Below are positions 55,630 to 63,861 of a DNA stretch of 64,000 nt, one piece after another. The translations under genes and the position numbers were made by a program. Where the stretch lies: positions 65,709-129,708 of the forward strand of contig VENG01000015.1 of the NCBI GenBank assembly GCA_009711705.1. Reading direction: 5' to 3'. Numbering within the stretch: position 1 is the stretch's first letter; each line of letters starts with the position of its first letter. The stretch is from Bacillota bacterium (GTDB taxonomy: Bacteria > Bacillota > Desulfotomaculia > Desulfotomaculales > VENG01). Under the pieces are notes generated by a model. That model worked only from the letters and a program-made list of their open reading frames with translations. It was not told where the DNA came from and made no database searches.

Positions 55630-56508
55630 TTACCTTATCCACAGGTTCATATCCTCATATCTACCTCCAATATGGCAGTTATTAATAAACCGCCCGCTAA
55701 AAGAATACCCTAAATTATACAAAGAGGCATTCATCCCATAAGAACCTGCCCGGGCTAAACTGTATAAACAGCCTATATTTCTACTGTCCATCTCTTTTTC
55801 CAAAAACCTAATTAAATATGTTAACAATCCTTGTCCCCTGTAATCCGGTAATGTGGCACAGTCAGTTATTTCCGCATTCCCATTCTTAATATCCATGTCA
55901 GCGGAAGCGGCGCTCACAGGAACATCATCTTTAAAAACTACGGCGAATAAAACGTGTGAAGTCATAACCTCTTCAATATACCCTGAATCCAACAACGGAC
56001 TAGGGTAAGTAGAAAAAATTTTTCTGTATAGCTGTGCCAAGGGCTTTGCATCATCACTGACAGCAACCCGCATTGATAGCTCACCGGGAAGGCTTCTCCC
56101 ACTTGATTCTTTCCTGGGCTTGCCTAGAATTGATTGTAGGATTTCCTCTTCATTACTCCAATAACGACTTTCCCGTCTAGCTTGATCAACAAAATATGAA
56201 TAACCCAATGCCGTAACGCCATTAAAAAAACTCGGATACTTGCCTTCTAGAATATATCCTTCGGCTTTCAACTCCAAAGCATCTCTTTCTCGCACATTGA
56301 AAAGAATTTTTCCCAGTTCATTATTAGCAGCCACGTCTATTAAATATCTCGCCAGTTCCGGCATATTACTCCCGGAGTAACTCTTTACTTTTAAACGATT
56401 GTTTATGAAATCCAAGCATAATTGTGTTTCGAAACCTTCACGCTTATGTACCTCCAGACGATCTTCTTTAACCGGGCAATTACAATTGCCGGTGGTGGAT
56501 TGGCACAT
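55630..56508 (-). CDS. ablB: Beta-lysine N6-acetyltransferase (AblB/YodP family GNAT)
   Basis: 292 aa. AEITDCATLPDYRGQGL GNAT core and NNCHIGGRYEDMNLW C-terminus, typical of the family encoded next to lysine 2,3-aminomutase. Confidence 0.82.
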   Translation of the reverse strand: MCQSTTGNCNCPVKEDRLEVHKREGFETQLCLDFINNRLKVKSYSGSNMPELARYLIDVAANNELGKILFNVRERDALELKAEGYILEGKYPSFFNGVTALGYSYFVDQARRESRYWSNEEEILQSILGKPRKESSGRSLPGELSMRVAVSDDAKPLAQLYRKIFSTYPSPLLDSGYIEEVMTSHVLFAVVFKDDVPVSAASADMDIKNGNAEITDCATLPDYRGQGLLTYLIRFLEKEMDSRNIGCLYSLARAGSYGMNASLYNLGYSFSGRFINNCHIGGRYEDMNLWIR

Positions 56509-56538
56509 TCCCTAAGACCTCCCTGGTTTTTGTATTTC

Positions 56539-57804
56539 TCAGCAGTAACTACCCTTGCGCCTGTTAATGCGAATATTACTTTGGGGAATTAAGCTCACTT
56601 TGTCACCTGCCATGAGCTTAGCAATCCCTACCGCATCTTTTTCACGCAGCAGATTGCACTTGGTGCAATCAACACTGTTTTTGCCCTTTTTATCAGGTTC
56701 GGCATAGGAAGAAATTACTCCTTCGTAATTACGCAATATTACCTTATTTTCCGACTGGGAGATCAAATATTGGGGGGATAACGGAATTTTACCACCGCCA
56801 CCGGGTGCATCCACCACATACGTGGGAACCGCAAGACCTGAAGTGTGCCCTCTCAGCATTTCTATGATTTCAATTCCTTTAGCTACCGAAGTTCGGAAGT
56901 GTTCAATTCCCGGCGACAAGTCACATTGGTACAAGTAATAAGGCCGTACTCTGATTTGCAACAACTGGTGCATCAAGTCTTTAATAACATAAGGGCAGTC
57001 ATTAACCCCCCGTAGAAGTACGGTTTGATTGCCCAGGGGCACCCCAACTTCTAAAAGTCTATTACACGCTTCCCTACTTTCTTCGGTAATTTCTTTAGGA
57101 TGGTTAAAATGTGTATTCAACCATATAGGATGATATTTCTTTATTATCATACACAGGTCATTCGTAATTCTTTGCGGCATTACAACCGGGGTTCTTGTAC
57201 CGATACGAATTATTTCTACGTGTGGTATTAGTCGCAAACTGCCCAGCAGGTATTCTAACCGTTCATCGGAAATGCACAAACTGTCTCCCCCGGATAAAAG
57301 CACATCTCGAATCATTGGTCTAGACCTTATATATTCAAGAGCCTTTTCCAGCTGGTTTTTGGGACGCGCTTGATCCCTGGCCCCGGCATACCTCCTGCGT
57401 GTACAATGGCGACAGTACATGGAACACTGATCAGTAACCAGCAGTAAAATTCGATCCGGATAACGGTGCGTTACCCCCGGAACAGGTGAGTCTTGATCCT
57501 CACCAAGGGGGTCTTCCATTTCATAATCCCCGTCTTGAAGTTCCATGGAAACAGGCACTGCCTGTTTCCTTACCGGGCAATCAGGATCATCAGGATCCAT
57601 AAGTGCGGCGTAGTAAGGGGTAACTGCCATACGTAATTTGCCTAAAGAATCCCTTATCCCCTCTTTTTCTTTTGCAGTTAAATTGATAACCTGTTCCAGT
57701 TCTTCCACCGCTACAATCCTGTTGGCTAGCTGCCATCGCCAGTCATGCCATTCCTTCGGCAGTACGTCTTTCCATATATTAATTTCCCGGTAATCCCTGG
57801 ACAT
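56539..57804 (-). CDS. ablA: L-lysine 2,3-aminomutase (radical SAM, PLP)
   Basis: 421 aa. Radical-SAM cluster motif [17 protein letters not shown], and the KamA family N-terminus ([16 protein letters not shown]). Confidence 0.93.
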   Translation of the reverse strand: MSRDYREINIWKDVLPKEWHDWRWQLANRIVAVEELEQVINLTAKEKEGIRDSLGKLRMAVTPYYAALMDPDDPDCPVRKQAVPVSMELQDGDYEMEDPLGEDQDSPVPGVTHRYPDRILLLVTDQCSMYCRHCTRRRYAGARDQARPKNQLEKALEYIRSRPMIRDVLLSGGDSLCISDERLEYLLGSLRLIPHVEIIRIGTRTPVVMPQRITNDLCMIIKKYHPIWLNTHFNHPKEITEESREACNRLLEVGVPLGNQTVLLRGVNDCPYVIKDLMHQLLQIRVRPYYLYQCDLSPGIEHFRTSVAKGIEIIEMLRGHTSGLAVPTYVVDAPGGGGKIPLSPQYLISQSENKVILRNYEGVISSYAEPDKKGKNSVDCTKCNLLREKDAVGIAKLMAGDKVSLIPQSNIRINRRKGSYC

Positions 57805-58151
57805 GTAAAAACCTCCGAAAATTTAGTTTCGTAATTAGTATTATTTAGATATGAACCATAAAATATTCTACATTAGGCTACAGGCAACGTTTATTAATAA
57901 ATATAACTTTTTGCATTGAATGGGTATATAAGCCTGTGAACTGCATATATGAGTTGCAAACGGCATAATATGGCCACAAATGTCTTCTTAGTTGGACAAA
58001 ACGTAAATAATTGTTTACAGACCTATTAGTATCAAAACAATAATAACTATTTACCACCCGTTTTCAACACTTCACCTGAGAATACTTCCTAAAACCACTT
58101 TCAATATTGTAAAGTATATTTAGAAAATTCATAAAAAGAGGTGGTTTTAGC

Positions 58152-60098
58152 ATGACGAAAGAGAAAGTCGGAACAGGTTTAGTTCCTCCACACGTTAAAA
58201 ATTTTATTGATTGGGCAGCGGAAGACACCGAAGGCTTTTGGGGAAATGCTGCTGAGCAGGCGGCTGATGATATTCACTGGTTTAAAAAGTGGGATAAAGT
58301 ATTTAATTGGGAATACCCGCATTTTGACTGGTTTATTGGTGGACAGACAAATATCTGTTACAACTGCCTGGATTATAACATAGAGCGTGGCAGAGCGGGA
58401 CGGGCAGCAATTGTGGAAGAGAACGGGGGAACTGGCCAAACACGCGCAGTTACCTATGCTCAATTGCTTGAGCTGGTTAAGAAATATGCCGCATCGCTTC
58501 GTGGTATGGGGGTAAAAAAAGGGGACAGAGTTTCAATCTATATGCCTCCTAGTATCGAATCTGCAGCGGCAATGTTGGCATGCTCCAGAATAGGGGCTAT
58601 ACACGTTGTTATCTTTGCAGGTTTTTCGGCCAATGCGGTAGCCGACAGGGTTAATATTTCCGGAGCGGCGTTTGTATTGTGCCAGGATGAAGCATCCCGC
58701 CGGGGTAAGTCACTCCCCCTAAAACCGATTGTTGACGACGGCCTGGCTAAATGTCCCCCGGAACAAATCAAGAAGGTCGCAGTCCTCAAGCATAACGAAA
58801 GTAATACACCTGCCATGAAAGAAGGCCGCGATATCTTTTGGGATGAATTCTTAGCGCTGGGAGAAGGACAGAGTGGTGATTATGAGGTTATGGACTCTAA
58901 TGACCCCCTCTTCCTATTACCAACGTCAGGGACCACCGCAAAACCTAAAGTAACGGTGCAAAAACATGGTGGTTATCAAGTTTACGTTTATTCCATGGCC
59001 AAGTGGATCTATGACTTGAAAGAAACAGATGTCTGGTTCTGCACCTCCGATATAGGATGGATAGTTGGTCACAGCTACAATGTATACGGACCCCTCTTGG
59101 TGGGTTGTACCACTATATTGTTCGAAGGAACCCCGGATTATCCCACAAAGGATATGTGGTGGAAAGTTGCCTCCAAAAACAAGGCAACCGCTCTTTGGCT
59201 CTCACCTACCGGTGTAAGAGCAATGATGAAATTTGGTATTGATGAAGCCAGAAAACACGACCTGAGCTCCATTGAGCGTATTTTCTGCGCAGGGGAAGTT
59301 TTAAACCCGGCCGCTTGGAGCTGGTTGCAGGAGGAAGTTTTCCAGAACAAGATACCGGTGACGGATCACATGTGGCAAACGGAAACCTCCGGTCCTATTT
59401 TCGCCAACCCATACGGCCTCGGACTTGTTCCCATCAAGCCGGGCTCAGCTCATATACCTGTCCCCGGAGTTGTTGCTGAAGTGATCGACGATAAAGAAGG
59501 TAAGCCGGTAGAGCCCGGCGAAAAAGGAATCGTGGTAATCAGAAAACCGTTCCCCGGACTGGTATCCACTCTTTGGGGCGATACGGAAACCTTCCGCAAA
59601 GAATACTGGGAGCGTTTACCAGCCACTAAAGGGTCCTATTATCTTGGTGACGCTGCTTCTATGGATGAAGACGGTTATGTTTTCTTTGCCGGTCGGTCTG
59701 ATGAAGTAATGAAAATTGCTTCCCACAGAATCGGAACAGTTGAGGTTGAAAGCGCCCTCATTACTCACCCTGCAGTGGTTGAAGCCGGTGTTTCAGGTAT
59801 GCCTGACGAACTAAAAGGCGAGGTTGCAGGTGCTTTCGTAGTAATTAAGGAAGGATATGAACCCACAGAAGAACTAAAACAAGAGTTGAAGCAACATGTA
59901 AGAAATACCATGGGTGCAATTGTAGTAATGAAGGAAATTCAGTTTGTTGGTTCACTACCCAAGACAAGAAGCGGTAAAATTATGCGCAGAGTTATGAAAA
60001 CACTCTGGCTAGATAAAGATTTGGGTGACATATCTACCATTGAAGAGGAAGCCTCAGTGGACGAAATCAGACAAGCAATTAAGAAGATGAAAGGTTAA
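58152..60098 (+). CDS. acs: Acetyl-CoA synthetase (AMP-forming)
   Basis: 648 aa. AMP-binding motifs LLPTSGTTAKPK and YYLGDAASMDEDGYVFFAGRSDE, and the C-terminal LPKTRSGKIMRR carrying the regulatory Lys. Confidence 0.9.
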   Translation: MTKEKVGTGLVPPHVKNFIDWAAEDTEGFWGNAAEQAADDIHWFKKWDKVFNWEYPHFDWFIGGQTNICYNCLDYNIERGRAGRAAIVEENGGTGQTRAVTYAQLLELVKKYAASLRGMGVKKGDRVSIYMPPSIESAAAMLACSRIGAIHVVIFAGFSANAVADRVNISGAAFVLCQDEASRRGKSLPLKPIVDDGLAKCPPEQIKKVAVLKHNESNTPAMKEGRDIFWDEFLALGEGQSGDYEVMDSNDPLFLLPTSGTTAKPKVTVQKHGGYQVYVYSMAKWIYDLKETDVWFCTSDIGWIVGHSYNVYGPLLVGCTTILFEGTPDYPTKDMWWKVASKNKATALWLSPTGVRAMMKFGIDEARKHDLSSIERIFCAGEVLNPAAWSWLQEEVFQNKIPVTDHMWQTETSGPIFANPYGLGLVPIKPGSAHIPVPGVVAEVIDDKEGKPVEPGEKGIVVIRKPFPGLVSTLWGDTETFRKEYWERLPATKGSYYLGDAASMDEDGYVFFAGRSDEVMKIASHRIGTVEVESALITHPAVVEAGVSGMPDELKGEVAGAFVVIKEGYEPTEELKQELKQHVRNTMGAIVVMKEIQFVGSLPKTRSGKIMRRVMKTLWLDKDLGDISTIEEEASVDEIRQAIKKMKG

Positions 60099-60111
60099 AA
60101 ACTGACGCTAT

Positions 60112-60163
60112 AAAGAAACCCCTTCGACCTATTTGATGTCGAAGGGGTTTCTTTCTTTTTTAT
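60112..60163. terminator. Bidirectional terminator shared by acs (+) and the BusR-like/small-ORF unit (-)
   Basis: AAAGAAACCCCTTCGAC-CTATTTGAT-GTCGAAGGGGTTTCTTT followed by CTTTTTTAT on the plus strand. Confidence 0.85.
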
Positions 60164-60168
60164 GTCAA

Positions 60169-60294
60169 TTATGCTTTACTGTTGTCAAATTCTTCTACTG
60201 GGTTTTGTTGCTCATCCTGCTGCTGTTCATCCCGGAATTTTTTGTCGACGAGAGCTTTGGCCCGGCTTTCAATATCTTTGAAGCCCACAACCAT
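60169..60294 (-). CDS. Candidate 39-41-aa acidic hydrophilic miniprotein
   Basis: Not in the ORF track. Minus strand: AAAGGAGGA ATG GTT GTG GGC..., giving MVVGFKDIESRAKALVDKKFRDEQQQDEQQNPVEEFDNSKA*. AGGAGG sits 7 nt before the in-frame GTG (60288). The ORF ends 6 nt before the terminator. Confidence 0.45.
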   Translation of the reverse strand: MVVGFKDIESRAKALVDKKFRDEQQQDEQQNPVEEFDNSKA

Positions 60295-60369
60295 TCCTCC
60301 TTTGTGGTAGCTTTAATTACTACCAATTATGTTGTATATTATTGACAGAAGGATCATAGGTTATACATT

Positions 60370-61071
60370 TTACCCTTTATTCTCCTTGTAATTGCCAGAT
60401 TCATTATATTGGTCATCCACTTCACCGGCCATAGGTCCTTCATTATCCCGCTCATATAATAAAAGATGTACTTCTTTCTTTGCCTCCTGAGGGCCTACTA
60501 TAAGCAGCACATCCTCTTCTTGAATTATCGTACGGGCCTGCGGCGAAATCATTTCCTCACCATACCTATAAACTGCCAGTACTGTCGCACCTGTGCGGGC
60601 CCGGAAATCAATTTCAGCCAGCGATTTTCCAACTACCCTTGAATTACGAGGCACCGTAATTTCCTCTAGCCTTTGCAACCTTCCCGCCATTTTAAAAGTA
60701 TAATCCAGCAATTGATTGGTAAGACTGTCTATTTCCGTGTTTAAAGCATCTCTTTGTTTAAGTAATTGAGAAAGACGCTCTTGAATATCTACTAATACCT
60801 GCCTTTGATTATAGCGAGCCAAGTATTCTTCTGCAGCTTTATTCGATTTAACAACCACTCCGACACCCGGCATTACATCAACAATGCCCGTTTCCTGTAA
60901 TAACGTCAAAGCCCGGCGAATAGTCTCTGGAGATACATTGTACCTTCCTGCTAAGGTAGACCGGCCGAAAATCTTTTGCCCTACTTTGTACTCGCCCCTA
61001 ATAATTCTGGTAGCTATATCAACGGCAATAGTAACATATTTGGCAAGATTAGTACTGACAGATTCAGACAT
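60370..61071 (-). CDS. GntR-type wHTH regulator with coiled coil and C-terminal RCK_C/TrkA-C domain (BusR architecture)
   Basis: 233 aa from the ATG at 61071 (AAAGGAG RBS). wHTH: GRSTLAGRYNVSPETIRRALTLLQETGIV. Heptad-rich linker: QERLSQLLKQRDALNTEIDSLTNQLLD. RCK_C: VVGKSLAEIDFRARTGATVLAVYRYGEEMISPQARTIIQEEDVLLIVG. Confidence 0.8.
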   Translation of the reverse strand: MSESVSTNLAKYVTIAVDIATRIIRGEYKVGQKIFGRSTLAGRYNVSPETIRRALTLLQETGIVDVMPGVGVVVKSNKAAEEYLARYNQRQVLVDIQERLSQLLKQRDALNTEIDSLTNQLLDYTFKMAGRLQRLEEITVPRNSRVVGKSLAEIDFRARTGATVLAVYRYGEEMISPQARTIIQEEDVLLIVGPQEAKKEVHLLLYERDNEGPMAGEVDDQYNESGNYKENKG

Positions 61072-61125
61072 CACATCAATCTCCTTTACCATATTCTAAA
61101 TGTAAAAAGGACAGCTAAACAAAGT

Positions 61126-62844
61126 TTAAACCTGCACTATTCTGAGTTTGCGAAACCTGTTAAAGGCTGCCGCAATTTCGTGCTTTCTGGGTAATGCAAG
61201 GTCTCCTGGGTGCTGGCCACGAAAAGGTGAAATAACATCCAACTCGTTGGTATCGATATCGTCCAATACTTTATCTATTATCTCAGATATTTGCCGTTCA
61301 CCATCTACATATTGTATCGCACAGTATCTTAAAATCTCCGCAATGGCATTGGTTTGACTACTATCCACCAGCTGCTCTACTTGCGTCAAATCAATGTCAG
61401 CCCTGCCGAAGATTATATTGTTCAAGCCCTTTGCCTTAACCTTACCTTTAGGATCCAACTTGAAACTTTGTGGCTCAGGTGCTCGCTTTCTAACTGCGGT
61501 CAGTTGACACTTCACCTCGGCAGTACGTTCACTTTGATGACTTTTGGCAATTCTTTTCGCTTCCGTGGTTACATCTCTAGGGCTGTATTTGTGCATCATA
61601 ATAACTCGGTCAGCCACTTCAAAATAATCCCCTGAGCCTCCGACCACTAGAATCGTAGATACCCCAAACCGGTCTGAGAGCTCACACACACGGTCAATAA
61701 ATGGTGTTATAGGCTCATTCTCCTTGGCCACCAATAACTGCATACGCCCGTCGCGGATCATAAAATTGGTGGCACTTGTATCCTCATCGAGTAAGAGCAA
61801 GTCAGAACCTACCTCCAGTGCCTCTACAATATTAGCTGCCTGCGAGGTGCTTCCACTGGCGTTATCACTGGAAAAAACCGAAGTGTCCTGCTCGTAGGGC
61901 AATTCACTGATAAATGCACCTATATCCACCTTGGTAACGCTGCGTCCATCCTCAGCCCTTATTTTAACGGCCCCTTCGTTTGTGACAACCATCTCTCTTC
62001 CATCGCCGGGTATATGATTATATACCCCTCGTTCAATAGCCCTTAATAGAGTGGACTTACCATGATAGCCTCCACCCACAATTAAAGTTACACCGGATGT
62101 TATACCCATACCGGTAACTGTGCCACCGTTAGGCAATTTAAAGGATACTTCCAATTCTTGCGGGGAACGAAAAGGAACAACCTTTTCGTCCTTTAAAGGA
62201 CGATCGCTTATTCCGCTCTCCCGCGGTAAAATAGCTCCGTTTCCTATAAATGTCTCTAAATCTCTTTTTGCTAATTCCCGGCGCATAAAATCTTGGTCTT
62301 CTGCTATTTCAACATGTTTTTTTAATCTTTGCCCGTCCAGATTCTGATACATCAAGGACATATTAACCACCTGCGGAAGGACATCAAAAAACATGGACGC
62401 AGCCTCTTTTGCCATTACTGTTCTCCCTCTTGCCGGGAGTCCTATCACAAATCGAGCCTCAACATAGTCCGCATTGACCACCATAGCCGTCCGTTCCAGA
62501 ATCTCCTGACCGCACCGGTCTATATCGAATACTCCGCTTTTTCCAGAACCTTTCTTGTTTCCAGCTTTCTGCCCAATTGCCCTTGCGAATTGGCGCGTCA
62601 AAAAGTCTTCCACTGCAACCTTGCGGGTCTTATTGGCATACAATTCCACGGGTAAGCCGGCGAGTTTCTGATCAACACGGACGCGCATGCGGCTAGGGGG
62701 GGCAAAAGGATCACTTTGTACGTGGTCTATATGCAATGTATACTGCCCCCAAGCATAACTGCCGCGCAGTGACTTATATGCACTGTATCCCTTTCTGTCA
62801 ATGCTATGTAACTTCTCCCGCAGGTCACTGCTATGTTTCAACAA
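61126..62844 (-). CDS. ABC_ATPase-family P-loop protein of unknown function (COG3044-like 'predicted ATPase of the ABC class')
   Basis: 572 aa. Walker A GGGYHGKSTLLRAIE and Walker B LLLLDEDTSATNFM. TTG start behind GGAGGG. Family recognition is from memory only. Confidence 0.7.
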   Translation of the reverse strand: MLKHSSDLREKLHSIDRKGYSAYKSLRGSYAWGQYTLHIDHVQSDPFAPPSRMRVRVDQKLAGLPVELYANKTRKVAVEDFLTRQFARAIGQKAGNKKGSGKSGVFDIDRCGQEILERTAMVVNADYVEARFVIGLPARGRTVMAKEAASMFFDVLPQVVNMSLMYQNLDGQRLKKHVEIAEDQDFMRRELAKRDLETFIGNGAILPRESGISDRPLKDEKVVPFRSPQELEVSFKLPNGGTVTGMGITSGVTLIVGGGYHGKSTLLRAIERGVYNHIPGDGREMVVTNEGAVKIRAEDGRSVTKVDIGAFISELPYEQDTSVFSSDNASGSTSQAANIVEALEVGSDLLLLDEDTSATNFMIRDGRMQLLVAKENEPITPFIDRVCELSDRFGVSTILVVGGSGDYFEVADRVIMMHKYSPRDVTTEAKRIAKSHQSERTAEVKCQLTAVRKRAPEPQSFKLDPKGKVKAKGLNNIIFGRADIDLTQVEQLVDSSQTNAIAEILRYCAIQYVDGERQISEIIDKVLDDIDTNELDVISPFRGQHPGDLALPRKHEIAAAFNRFRKLRIVQV

Positions 62845-62980
62845 TACTCCCTCCTGAACATATTACTTACTTTGAAATTTTTCCCAATAATAATAATCAA
62901 TATGCAATATAACCAGGTGCAACTGTCAGGTTATTGTTAAGTTGTTTTTGACATAGAAAGACAATTTCCTGCAAAAGAAG

Positions 62981-63070
62981 TATAAAAAAGCGCGCTAAAA
63001 TCAATTTCCTTAGCGCGCGCCTGTTATTACTTTACTCCTTAGCCCTTGTCATTTATATGGCAAGTAAACT
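62981..63070 (-). repeat. Two-hairpin terminator-like module, family 2, copy 2
   Basis: Minus strand: hairpin CTTGCCAT-ATAAAT-GACAAG (63045-63064, one C.A mismatch), linker GGCTAAGG..., then GCGCGCTAA-loop-TTAGCGCGC (62990-63018) followed by TTTTTTATAC. This acts as the terminator for the rsgA-rpe-miniprotein unit. Confidence 0.8.
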
Positions 63071-63187
63071 TTACTTCTTTTCCTGCTTAATGAGCTTGTC
63101 CTTTTCAGCCTCACATGACTTACACTTACCCGGTTTACACCTTTGTTCCATTACGTGTCCACATTGTTCACATTTATAAACAGCCAC
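63071..63187 (-). CDS. 38-aa Cys-rich (rubredoxin/Zn-ribbon-like) miniprotein
   Basis: Not in the ORF track. The GTG at 63187 lies 7 nt after GGGGGGTGA. Product: (M)AVYKCEQCGHVMEQRCKPGKCKSCEAEKDKLIKQEKK*. CxxC...C-x4-C-xx-C pattern. Confidence 0.6.
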   Translation of the reverse strand: MAVYKCEQCGHVMEQRCKPGKCKSCEAEKDKLIKQEKK

Positions 63188-63191
63188 TAAA

Positions 63192-63860
63192 TCACCCCCC
63201 ATGCGTTAAAATCGCGCGCTCACGGATTGTTTTTACGGCATTTACGGGATCTTTGTTATTAAATATAGCAGATCCCGCCACTAAAACATTGGCACCTGCC
63301 TCCACCACCTTATAAGCCGTCCCCTCGTTTATACCTCCGTCAACCTGTATCTCGGCTTCAATTCCCTTAGCATCAAGCACAGCTCTGAGTTTTTTTATTT
63401 TGGGAATCATTTCGTTTATAAATACTTGACCTCCAAATCCCGGATTGACCGTCATGATCAACACTAAATCCACATTAGAGACCACATTTTCAATCGAGAC
63501 GAGGGGAGTTGCAGGGTTTAAGGCAACACCAACTTTTACTCCGCTTTCTTTTATATGAGTTAAAGTGCGGTGCAGGTGTGGACAGGTTTCTGCATGTATA
63601 GTAATGATATCCGCACCGGCCCGGACAAATTGGTCTATGTATAGATCAGGATTTTCTATCATCAAATGTGTGTCGAAAACCAATGATGAATGTTTTCTCA
63701 AGGACTTTACCAACAGCGGCCCAATGGTTATGTTAGGAACGAAGTGCCCATCCATGACGTCAATGTGTAAGTAATCAGCCCCTGCAATTTCAACCCGCTT
63801 AACGTCTGCCGCTAAGTCAGAAAAGTCGGCTGACAAAATGGAGGGAGCAATTTTAATCAA
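63192..63860 (-). CDS. rpe: Ribulose-phosphate 3-epimerase
   Basis: 222 aa from the TTG at 63860 (AAGGAGA RBS). (M)IKIAPSILSADF, HIDVMDGHFVPN, and a VDGGI C-terminal motif. The track start 63893 would overlap the rsgA end. Confidence 0.94.
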   Translation of the reverse strand: MIKIAPSILSADFSDLAADVKRVEIAGADYLHIDVMDGHFVPNITIGPLLVKSLRKHSSLVFDTHLMIENPDLYIDQFVRAGADIITIHAETCPHLHRTLTHIKESGVKVGVALNPATPLVSIENVVSNVDLVLIMTVNPGFGGQVFINEMIPKIKKLRAVLDAKGIEAEIQVDGGINEGTAYKVVEAGANVLVAGSAIFNNKDPVNAVKTIRERAILTHGG

Positions 63861-63861
63861 T

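Noticed and set aside
57805-58151. 347-nt ablA/acs divergent spacer, checked for small ORFs, cre/CodY-like boxes and structured RNA.
   Set aside because: The only ORF is 22 codons (ATG at ~57851) without an RBS. The region is AT-rich with no convincing palindromes or conserved riboswitch blocks. It is treated as ordinary divergent promoter DNA.
60133-60345. 70-aa plus-strand ORF directly after acs.
   Set aside because: It begins inside the acs terminator hairpin, has no RBS, and overlaps a better-supported minus-strand mini-ORF with a strong RBS. The hydrophobic sequence is likely a frame artefact.
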